Shown here: positions 52,871 through 64,000 of the stretch, in pieces | Numbering within the stretch: the first letter of the stretch is position 1 | How the letters are laid out: each line of letters begins with the position of its first letter | NCBI GenBank assembly: GCA_028534125.1 | Contig: CM052817.1 | Coordinates: 69,008,001 to 69,072,000 of the forward strand | Source: Lama glama | Lineage: Eukaryota | Direction: 5' to 3' | DNA length: 64,000 bases | Notes under the pieces: generated by a model | Database searches by the model: none | Seen by the model: the letters and a program-made list of their open reading frames with translations, nothing else | Told to the model about the DNA's origin: nothing | Position numbers and translations under genes: made by a program

Positions 52871-55219
52871 TAGCTCCATCTTGAGGGAAGATGTGTGGAG
52901 AAGTGAGGGGCAGTTTTGTGAGCAGAAAAGGGAAGACTTCTTGCTGTCCATTCACTAGAATGTGTATCTGGGAAACTGCAGACCAGTTGCTTCACCTGCT
53001 GTCTCTGCACAGGGAAATATAAGCAATAAATCCTCTAAGTGAGATTCAGGTTGCCTCTCTTGTACCACTGATTAACATCCCTACATGGAAAACACCAAGA
53101 TGGAGTAAATACAGAGGCTCCCTTTGCTGTTACCACATGCCTGAGCTGCTGGTTCTTCTCCTTATTCTAACTATCCGTGAGAGGTTTCAGCTCCCAGAAG
53201 GGAGTGCCAAGGTGATCATCAGCACCTGACCATGGTAAGTGCATAATAAATGGATATTTCATTACTGATATAGTGCTTGTCCACCCCCGTGCTTCAAGAC
53301 CACTTGTGTTGAGAGGAGGGATGGAAGGAATGATGTTGGCAATTCCAAGTATCTCACATTTCCACAGGGAGAAAAATGAGTTAACATTTTAAAAGCAATT
53401 GCTTTTGTTGGGTTCACAAATAAATAAGTCCTAAATCAGAGAATAGGTATTCTGTGTTCTGGCTTGACTACAAAATCCCAGTGTACAATTCAGTTTATCT
53501 GAGCCTTAGCTTTTTATATATAAATTCAAAATTATGTATTAGTGCATCCTTCAGTTCCCATCTGGGTCCAGAGCTTTAGCAAAATGTAACTGTGAAATGG
53601 CTGAAAATACCAGCGACTAAGCTGGGTCCTATTAATTGCCAGCTTATCTTCCAAAAGGACTTTGACACATAACTGTCCTTCCCATTAAGGAAGTTAAGAA
53701 GTGAAGTTTAATGCAGGTGGATCTAGCCCTTTCACTCATACCACATACTGGCAAATATCCCAGCAAAAACCTGGGTTCTCAACCACAGTATGCATTGGAG
53801 ACAGTTTTACCTGCTGGCTGACCCTTTATCTGAAACAGATAGATCATATATAATAAATCGAAAGGACACTCGACAAGTTGGAGTTTGGTAACAATGCCAG
53901 TGTTTACATATTTTACTGAACTTTTATCTGTTAAAAAAATCTGGAACTCTCATGAAAGAGGATTTTCTCTTTGTTAGTTTTTCAAGTACATAAAACTGCA
54001 ATAAAACAAAGGCAATGGAAAACAGCCTTTGGCCAGAGACTTTTCTTTGCTTCCTGATTTTAGCCAGCTCGAAAGCTTGTCTTACACAATTGTGGAAACA
54101 GTGAGTGGTGTTAGACTCATCAAGAACTGTAGAAGGACTAGAATGAATAAAATAAGTTAGCTATGAAGTGTTCTTGAACTTTCATGTAGGTTTGGGTTTC
54201 AGTTCATCTTGGTGATGAAAATTCCAGTATGTTCAGATTTTATGTAACCTGATTTATCAACCATATTAGAATTCAAATGATCTGTTCCAAAAGTGTAAAT
54301 GTGTTTACCTTTGTGCCTTTTCTCCAAAATGTGTGAAATATAGAGAATAAATTTCATATACTTATATATATATCAAGATTGAAATTGAAATTACTTAAAA
54401 TTTTAAACTGCTTTAATGATCTGTATTATTATAAAGCTATATACTAGTGTAATCAAATACTTCAAGGAGACCCAAAATCAGGTTTTTCTCTTAGGAATTT
54501 GGTAAAATACAGTGTAGTCACATTAATATAAGTTCATCTCTTCTCTGAAAGAAAAAAATCATGGAAATAATAACAGGTGCTAGGCTAGGTAACAGTCTCT
54601 TGTGATTATAAAAATACAATGAAGGGTTTAAATGTGAAAGCTCTTAAGTGCTGAAAGTGTTGGAAGAGCAGATCGAAGATTAGAATTAGAATCCACATGG
54701 GTGAGAAAGAGGTAAACTCTTTACCATAAATCATCTAGATACTTAATTTGAAATCAAACATGAACCTGAACATGTGTCATATAATCTGGCTAAATACACC
54801 TGGGTTTTATTAAGATGGTGTGAGCCAAAGACCACAATGTTTTAGACAAGCTTGAGCAGATCCTCTGCTAAGGAGAAAAACAAACATACTATACATCTTG
54901 CTCTTGGCAAATAAAACCCAAAAACCCCAACCCACCAACTTCAAGAAATTAATGGACTCAGTTTGCAAACAGGCGCACTGTGTTTGGAAATCAGCATAAT
55001 ACAACGTTTGACAGTACACATTTTAATGTAATACAGTCTTGTGTTCAGATTCTGACATTTCCACTTACTTGCTGTATTATTTTAAGCAGCTTACTTGGAA
55101 TACTTTAAGTTAAAAGAAACATAGAACCATACCTCTTCTCAATTACCACTTCATATATCCTAACAAATACCATTAACTCTGCAACTCTTTAAAAAATTTT
55201 TATGATAAATTTGGTAGAT

Positions 55220-55925
55220 TTTATTTTACTATTTTGTATTTATAAAAAAGTTACTCAGTTAAGGCTTTTGTACAGATTTACCAATTGTTTACATTTTACC
55301 CCATTTTGTATTCTTTTTTATTAAGGTACAGTTGATGGGCAATATTATATAAGTTTCAGATGTACAATATAGTGTTTCACAACTTTTAAAGGTATATTCC
55401 CTTTATAGTTATTATAAAATGTTGGCTATTTCCCCTGTGTACAATATATCTTGGTAGCTTGTTTATTTTATACATAGCAGTTTGTACCTCTTAATCCTAC
55501 CCCTATTTTACCCCACTTGTTTTATTCTCTCCCCTTCTCTGCCTTCCTATCTCTCCCTCCTCCTTCTGCCTCTCTCTCTCTCCTCTTGTAGACATATGCA
55601 CACACACACATTTTCTGTGTATTCTAAAAACATTTACAAATAAGTTGGAGAGAGTGTCCTGTTTTATTCTATTCTAAATGCTTCAGTGTGTGTGTCCTAA
55701 AAATACGATCATTCCCTTACGTAACCTCAGTTTTGCTATCAAATAGGAAATTTAACATTGATAAGATACTGTTCTCCAATCTATAGTCAATATGCAAATT
55801 TAATCATTTCAGTTATTTCTTTTATTGCTATTTTTTCCCTGTCCAAGAGCCAATCTAGGATCATGAATTATATTTTGTCTTCATGTCTATTTACTTTCTT
55901 TTAATCTGGAAGAGATCCTTAGCCT
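55220..55925 (-). mobile_element. L1MC-like 3' UTR with a nested L1 3' end (~55313-55510)
   Basis: L1 3' UTR motifs on the minus strand. Confidence 0.7.
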
Positions 55926-58900
55926 TTTTTCCTTTTTATTTTTTTTAATTGTAGTTGACATTACAGTATTATCTTAGTTTCAGGCATATAATATAATGAT
56001 TTGACATTTATTTACATTGCTGTTGATCACCATGATATGTCTAGTAACCTTTTGTCACAATACAAAGTCATTTCATTGTTACTCACTGTATTCCCTAGGC
56101 TGTACATTACATACCTGTGGTTATTTATTTTGTGACTAGAATTTTGCACCTCTTAATCCTTTTCACCTATTTCATCCTTTCCTGCCCTCCGGAAACCACC
56201 TGTTTGTTCTCTGTATCTGTAAGTCTGTTTCTGTTCTATTTTGTTTGCTCCTGTTTTGTTTTTAGATTCCACAGGTGAAAACATACAGTCTTTCTCTGAC
56301 TTATTTCACTTAGCATAATACCCTCTATATCCATCCATGTTGTCACAAATGGCAATATTTTGTTCATTCTTATGGCTGAGTAATATATTCCATTGTATGT
56401 ACATATACCACATATTCTTTATTCATCCATTGATGGACACTTAGGTTGCACCATAGCTTGGCTATTGTAAATAATGCTGCTGTGAACATTGCGGAGCATA
56501 TATCTTTTTGAATTAGTGTTCCATTTTCTTGGTATAAATACCCAGAAGTGGAATTGCTGGATCATATGGTAGTTCTATTTTTAATTTTTTGAGGAACTGC
56601 CATACTGTTTTCCATAGTAGCTGTACCAATATACATTACCACCAGTGGTGTACTAGGGTTCCCTTTTCACATCTTTGCGAACACTTATTTATTATCTTTT
56701 TAAGGATAGCTGTTCTGATAGATGTGAGATGGTAGCTCATTGTGGTTTTTATTTACATTTCCCTGATGATTAGTGATATTGAACATCTTTTCATATGCCT
56801 GTTGGCCATGTGTATGTCTTCTTTGGAAAAAATGCCTGTTCAGGTCTTCTGCCCATTTTTTAATCAACTTTTTTTTTTGGAATTGAGTTTTATGAGTTCT
56901 TTGTGTATTTTGGATATATATATTATCCTTATCAGGTATCATTTGCAAATATCTTCTATTCAGTAAATTGCCTTTTTGTTTTGTTAATGATTTCCTTTAC
57001 TGTGCAAAAGCTTTCAAATTTGATTAGGTCCCATTTATTTATTTTTGCTTTTGTTTCTCCTGCCTGAGGAGACAGAGCCAAAAATATTGCTAAGACAAAT
57101 GTCAAAAAGTGTACTGCTCATATTTTCTCCTAGGACTTTTGTGGTTTCAGGTGTTACATTTAAGTCTTTAATCTACTTTGAGTTTATTTTTGTATATAGT
57201 GTAAGGAAGTGGTCCACTTTGATTCTTTTGAATATACCTATCCAGTTTTTCAACACCATTTGTTCAAGAGAATGCCTTTTCCCCACTGTATATTTTTGGC
57301 TACTTCATAATGAATTAATTGATCATGCAAGTGTGGGCCTATTTCTGGGTAATCTGTTTCATTTATTTATGTGTCTGTTTTTGTGCCAGAACTAAAGAGT
57401 TTTTAATGCTATAGCTTTGTAGTATAGTTCGAAATCAGAGGTCATGGTATATCCAGGCTTGTTCGCCTTTTTTTTTTTTGGCTTGTTCATCTTTCATAAG
57501 CTTATTTTGGCTATTTGGAATATTTTGTGGTTCCATGCAAATCTTAGGATGATTTGCTCCAGTTCTGTTAAAAAAAAAATCATTAGCATTTTGATACGGA
57601 TTGTATTGAATCTGTAGATTGCTTTGACTAGTGTGGGCATTTTACCGTGTTAATTCTTCCAATCCATGACCCTGGTATATCTTTCCATTTTTTCCTGTGT
57701 TGTCTTTAATTTCTTTCATTAATGTCTTACAGTTTTCTTAGGACAAGTCTTTCACCTCCGTGGTTAAATTTATTCCTAGGTATTTTATTCTTTTTGGTGC
57801 AGTTTTAAGTAGGATTGTTTCCTTTATTACTTCTTTCTGATAGTTTGTATTAGTGTGTAAAAAAGCAACAGATTTCTATATGTTGATTTTGTATCCTGCA
57901 ACTTTACTAAATTCATTTATTAGCTCTAATATTTTTTGGTGGAGTCTTTAGGGTCTTCTCTATATAACATCATGTCATTTGCAAATAGTGAAAATTTTAC
58001 TTTTTCCTTTTCAATGGAATTTTTTAATTTCTTTTTTTTTTTTTTTGATGACTGTACCTAGGACTTCCAATTCTACGTTGAATAAAAGCAGTAAGAGTAG
58101 GCATCCTTGACTTGTTCCTGACAGAGGAAATACTTTCAGATTTCACCATTGAGTATGATGTTGGCTGTGGATTTATTATATATGGCCTGTATTATGTTGC
58201 GGTATGGTCCCTCTATACTACTTTATTAAGAGTACTTATCATAAATGGTTATTGAATTTTGTCAAATTCTTTTTCTGTATCTACTGAGATAGTTCAATAA
58301 TTTTTATCCTTTGTTTTATTAATGTGGTGAGTCATACTGATTGATTTGTGGATACTCAACCATCCTTGCATCTCTTTCTTGAGGTTCTCACTGTGTTCAT
58401 CCATTCTCTTCTGAGGTGAGAATTTTTATGAACTATTTAAATTCTTTATCTGTAAATTGTTTATTTCCATTTCCTTTCTAGGGTTTTGCCTTGTTTTTTT
58501 GTTTGGAAGGTATTCATTTGTCTCCTCATTTTGTCTGTCTCTCTGTGTTTGTTTGAGTATACTAGGTATATCAGGTATGTCCCCCAGTCTTAATAAAGTG
58601 GCCGTATGTAGGCAGTATTCTGTGGGGTCCAGTGGTGCAATCCTTTTTGGTCAACAGAGCCAGTATCTCTTGTGTGAGCTGCATGTTGTCCCCCTTTTGT
58701 GGTTGAGCTGTGATTGTTGCAGGCATGCTGGTAGGCAGGGCGGTCCTGTGGACCCAGATTCACTTTGGATGGGCACTGGTGCCACCTGGGGCTGCCTACC
58801 AGGTTGAGTGGATTGGGAGCTGTTTTGGTCGATCTGCCTGGCTTGGTGGGTTGGGCAAGCTGGGTTCTCATGGAAACACTGAGATGAGGCACATGGTGTT

Positions 58901-59500
58901 AGCTAGGTTAATGGAGAGTGACAAAAAGGCATTTGCCAGTGCTAAAGCCAATTAGGTGGAAGGAGAGTTAATGGCACCTGCCAGCACTTTAAGCTTCAGA
59001 GAATGTCTTATCAGATCCCTACCCTCTGGCACATGTCCTAAAACTAGTCAGTGAATCTTGTCCTCTTGTGACCACCCACCCAGGTGATTTTCAAGCTCCT
59101 GCCTCTACGCTGTGACTCAGAGAAAGCGAGTTTGTGTGCAAGCTTTTCAAAAATGGAATCTTAGTTTCTCATAGCCCTCTGACTCTCCTGGATATACACT
59201 CCTCTGGTTTTCAAAGCCATAAGTTGTGGGGGCTTACCTTCCAGCCTGTGGAGCCTAATGTTGGTTTCAGACCCTTCTGTCCTCAGGGGGCATCTCCACA
59301 GTTGTGATATCTTTTCTGCCTGTGGGTTGCCACACAAGGGTATGGATTCTGACTAGACCATGTCTCTACCTCTCCTACCCTTTCTTATGTGGCCTCTTAT
59401 TTATATCCTTAGTTGTAGAAAATTGATTCTGCTAATCTTAAGGTCATTCTCAACTTAAGAGAGAGTTCTATATGTAGTTGTAGTTTTGTTGTGTCTCATT
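55925..59500 (-). mobile_element. LINE-1 (L1MA-like) with 3' UTR, partial ORF2, an internal deletion and GC-richer 5' UTR
   Basis: Antisense ORF2 (IKKWAEDLNRHF) to ~58373, then a jump to ORF1-start/5' UTR sequence. Confidence 0.9.
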
Positions 59501-59779
59501 TCTTAGGAGCCACATTATGTTAATTTATCAAGGTTTTCATAATATTAGGTTATTAATAATAATGGCATTGGCTGTGATGGAGAACTCTAGATGTCTTCAT
59601 TGTGATTGATGTAGAGATGAGGAGGATATAATATTACTTCAGTGTTATCCTTGTCAGAATATCCATAAGCTAAATCTAATGAAGAGAAAATGAGAAAAAA
59701 AGAAACAAATTGAGGGACAGTCTATAAAATAAGTAGCCTGTACTCTTCAAAGTTATCAGTGTCAAGAAAGATTAAAAAA

Positions 59780-61735
59780 ATTGTTGATAACTTTCCAAAT
59801 TTGATGAAAAGTATAACCTCATAGATCAAAGAATCTCTATACACTTAAGGTATAGGCTTAAGATATAGAAACATACCAAGGCAAATTATATTTACATTTC
59901 TGAAAATGAGATTCAAAGAGGAAATATTTTAAATGCCCAGAGAAAAATGGCACATGATGCACAGAAGGAAAAAAAAGATAAGAATGACTCTAGATTTCTC
60001 ATCAGAAACCATGCAACCAGAACACATTGAAATGACATCTTTAAAATGCTGAAAGAAACGAATTGTCAACCAGAAGTTCCCAGTGAGAATAGCCAGTGTA
60101 TACCAGATGAAAATATCCTTCACAAATGAAGGCAAAGTATTTTTCAGAAATACTGTTGTTGAAAGAATTTGTTGCCAGCTGACCTGTACAAAAGAAAATA
60201 TAAAAGGGAGTTCTTCAGGCTAAAGGAAAATGATACCAGATGGAAACTTGGACCTACAAAATGAAAAAAGAATGCTGGAGATGGTAAAAATTTGGTAAAT
60301 ATAAAATAATTTTTATATCTAATTTTTAAATTTCTCAAAGAGTAATTAATAAGAAAGTGGGTATTAATAACATGTAGAAGTGTAATGTATGAAAACACTA
60401 GCTTTGAGAGTGGGGAAATGGAATGCACTGTTGTAATGTTCTTGCATTTTATGTGAAAAAAAGGCATGATAATATTTTTTCAAAGTAGCCTGTTATGTTA
60501 AATATGCATATTATAATTCTTAGAGAAAGCACTAAATGTTTAAGAAAGTATAATTAATAGCAAAAACTAATGGAATCATGAAATATACTCACCTAATCCT
60601 AAAGAAGTCAGAAAAAGGTAATACAGAACACACCGAAAAATAGACAACAAATATCAAGATATTAGATGGAAAGTCAGTTATATTGGTAACTACATTAAAT
60701 GTAAGTGGCAAACACTTACCAATAAAAACAATAAAAAGTCAGTGGTCAAACTGAATAAAAAAGCAAGACCCACCTATATATTGCCTGTGAGAGATCATCT
60801 TTAAATCTAAAGACAGATAGGTAAGAAACTTGGAAAAATGTATACCATGGAAACATTAATCATAAGAAAAACAAAGGACCATATTACTATCACACTTCAG
60901 ACCAAGAAATAGTAGCAGAGATAAAGTAAGTGGTTCAATTAAACAAGAAGACATAACAGTCCTAAATATCTAGACTTATAATGTTATATATAAATGAAGT
61001 AAAACACAGATCTGAAAGGAGAAACAGAAAAATCTTCAGTTATATTCACATTATTCTCTCAATAACTTATAGAATGAATAGAGAGAAAATGAATAAGGAT
61101 AAGAAGTTTGAACAAATTATCTACCATTTTATCCTAGTTGGTACTAATAGAATACTTCACTCAACGACAGCAGATTGCACATATTTTTGAGTGTACCTGA
61201 ACATTCAGCAAATATGCTAAAGGCTAAGGCATAGGCAAGTTTTAATACATTGAAAGGAATTTAAATATACAGAGTATGTTCTCCGACTATAAGGAAATGA
61301 AATTAGAATAATAATGGAAAGATATCTAGAAATTACCAAATATTAGGAAATTAAATTATTTTTGCTTTGCAATTTATGAATTAAATGAAAATACAAAGGA
61401 AGTTATATTTCAGATTGAGTGAAAAGAAAAATACAATGTATCAAGAATATCAAAATATATAAAATACATCTAAACCAGTGCTTAGAGAAAACTTTATACC
61501 TTTTAATTCTTTTATTAGAAAAAAATAAGTGACAAAATCTGTGATCTAAACTTCCAATTTAAGAAGCTAGAAAAAGAATAAATATCAGTGCAGGTAGAAG
61601 AAAGGAAATAATAAATATAAGATCAGAAATCAATTAAGTAATAAAATGGACAAATATTACAGAAAATCAATAAAATTGTTAATTCTGTAACTAGACTGAT
61701 GAACAGGAAGAAGGAAGACACAGATTACCAGTATG
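59780..61735 (+). mobile_element. old LINE-1 ORF1 end through ORF2 endonuclease
   Basis: agatttctcatcagaaaccatgcaaccaga ... aaaagcaagacccacctatatattgcctgtgagag ... acagagtatgttctccgactata. Confidence 0.85.
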
Positions 61736-62330
61736 AGTTTTCTTTGCCTTGCTTCTGTGATTTCTGCATTCCATATACTGCTGTTTCTGAATTTATGCTA
61801 TCATTTTGATGATAGGATGTATCCACTGGCTTCCTGAGAAAAGGTCTGTTGGGTTTAAATGGTTTTTGATTTGGTGAAATGAAAATGTATGTCTGTCATT
61901 AAATATGATACATAGTTTGACAGGGTGTGGAATTCTAGATTAGAAACTATTTTTCTGGAGAATTTAAAGCATTGCTGCTTTGCTCCAGTATCACTTTGGA
62001 GATGTCTGATGCCATGTGATGATATCAGTCTTTCATAGGTCACTTTTTTTTTCTTCTAGAAACTTGCAGAATTTTTTTCTGTCCCTATTAATTTTTTAAA
62101 TTATTTATTTCACTGATTGGATTTATTAAGTCTGGACACTCATGTTCTCCATTTCAAGAAAAACTTCCTTTATATTTTTATAATAATCTACTTTCCTCTA
62201 TTTGTTCTTATTTTTCCCTTAAAGATCTCCTATTGTGTATTGGACCTCTGGAATAATAGTATTTTTTATCTCTTGTTCTCTGTCTTTTTGTTCTAATTTC
62301 CTGAAAATTTCTTAACTTTCCATCCAACCC
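61735..62330 (-). mobile_element. old L1 ORF1 relic
   Basis: agaattctagattagaaactattttt ... gcattgctgctttgctccag. Confidence 0.6.
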
Positions 62331-62396
62331 TGTTGCATTTATCTACTGTTATGTAATAAACTACCGCAAACATAGTATTTTATAATTGTTTTATTA

Positions 62397-63192
62397 AGGC
62401 ATACCTCAGAGATATTGTAGGTTTGGCTCCAGATCACCACATTAAAGTGAATATTGCAATAAAGTGAGTCATATGAATTTTCTGGTTTCCAGATATATAT
62501 AAATTTATGTTGATACTATAGTCTGTTGAGTGTGCCATAGCATTATGTCTAAAAAAATGCAATGCATATACCTTAACTAAAAAATACTTTATTGTTAAAA
62601 AATGCTAACCATTGTCTGAACCTTCAACAAGTTGTAATCATCTTTTAGCTGGTGAAAGGTCTTGCCTCAGTGTTGATGGCTGTTGGCTCATCAGGGTGTT
62701 GGTTCCTGAAAATTAGGGTGACTGTAGCAATTTCTTAAAATCAGTGAAGTTTGGTTCATCAGTTGACTCTTCCTTTCACAAACAGTTTCTCTGTATCATG
62801 CAATGCTGTTGGATAACATTTCAAACACAGTAGAATGTCTTTCAAAATTGGAGTCAGTCTTCTCCAACTCTATCATTGCTTGATCAACTAAGCTTCTGAA
62901 ATCTTCACAGCATCCTCACCAGGAATAGATTCCATCTGAAGAAACCTTTCTTTTGCTCATCCATTAAAAGCAACTTTTCATTCATTAGTTTATCATGAGA
63001 TTGTAGCAGTTTAGTCACATCTTCAGACTCCACTTCTAGTTGTAGTTCTCTTGCTCTTTCTACCACATCTGCAGTTACTTCCTACACTGAAGTCTTGAAC
63101 CCCTCAAAGTTATCCATGAGGATCGGAGGCAGCATCTTCCAAACTCCTGTGCACATTGGTATTTTGACCTCATTACAGGCATCATGAATATT
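62397..63192 (-). mobile_element. Tigger1 DNA transposon (terminal portion)
   Basis: TA plus aggcatacctcagagatattgtaggtttggctccagatcaccac...; antisense transposase end follows. Confidence 0.9.
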
Positions 63193-63499
63193 CCTTTTTT
63201 TTTCCTAACCATATACTGTCTTTATTTTTATTTATTTTTGGGGGAGTGTAAGCAAAGTTTATTCTAGGAAGAACAACTCATTGAGAGATAAAACTGTTTT
63301 AAAATTTACATATATGTACTATTCATTGTTTCTAAGATCTAAGTTTAGATCTTTAGCTTTTAAATTCACATAGTTATCAAAGGAATAAAGCCAACCACAA
63401 AATAAGAAACAACAGAATTCAGTGATCCAATCATAAAGGACAGTCAAATGTGCTTACACATATTCAAGAAATCAGTCATCTAACTTATAAATAATAAGT

Positions 63500-63656
63500 A
63501 GTTCATTTGTTTCCTTTTTTAAGATTCTACATATAAGTAATATCATATGGCATTTTTCTTTCTTTTTCTGGCTTCACTTAGAATGACAATCTCCAGGTCC
63601 ATCCATGTTGCTGCAGATGGCATTGTTTTATTCTTTTTATGGCTGAGTAATATTCC

Positions 63657-63690
<34 letters not shown>

Positions 63691-64000
63691 CATATATAGA
63701 GAGAAAATGTAATTTATATATACACACACACACACATACATACATACATACATACATAACACATCTTCTTTATCCAGTCACCTGTTGATGGACATTTGGG
63801 TTGTTTCAACGTCTTGGCTATTGTAAATAGTGCTGCTTTGAATATTGGGGTGCATGTGTCTTTTTGGTTTTGCTTTTTTGTTTAAAGACTTTTTTTATTG
63901 AAGTACAATCAGTTACAACATATCAATTTGTGTGTACAGCACAATGTCCCTGTCATGCATATACATACATATATTCATTTTCATATTCTTTTTCATTAAA
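63500..64000 (-). mobile_element. L1 3' fragments (two) with (TG)n/(CATA)n microsatellites
   Basis: agattctacatataagtaatatcatatgg ... gatggacatttgggttgtttc; a second L1 tail starts at ~63865. Confidence 0.85.

Noticed and set aside
53170..53265. Strong donor atg|gtaagt
   Set aside because: Context resembles a decayed MIR/L2 3' end; no exon support.

Overview
Mammalian, AT-rich, repeat-dominated DNA, most likely camelid (tRNA-Ala-derived vic-1-type SINE at ~27 kb), with two placeholder gaps of exactly 500 N. I found no host protein-coding exon. The window is a nest of LINE-1s of several ages, L2/MIR relics, a decayed ERV1 provirus (gag, integrase, env TM, 3' LTR), solo LTRs, an LTR-int-LTR MaLR and DNA transposons (MER33, MER8, Tigger1). 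The standout is a ~2.4-2.5 kb non-repeat, CpG-retaining segment at ~8400-10900 (+ strand). Its frameshifted translation matches bornavirus glycoprotein, then matrix, then the N-terminus of the L polymerase, collinearly. This is a candidate endogenous bornavirus-like element in G-M-L order, the order of Carbovirus/Cultervirus rather than Orthobornavirus (M-G-L). All viral and repeat comparisons were made by eye against recalled reference sequences and need tBLASTn/HMM/RepeatMasker confirmation; most repeat boundaries are approximate.
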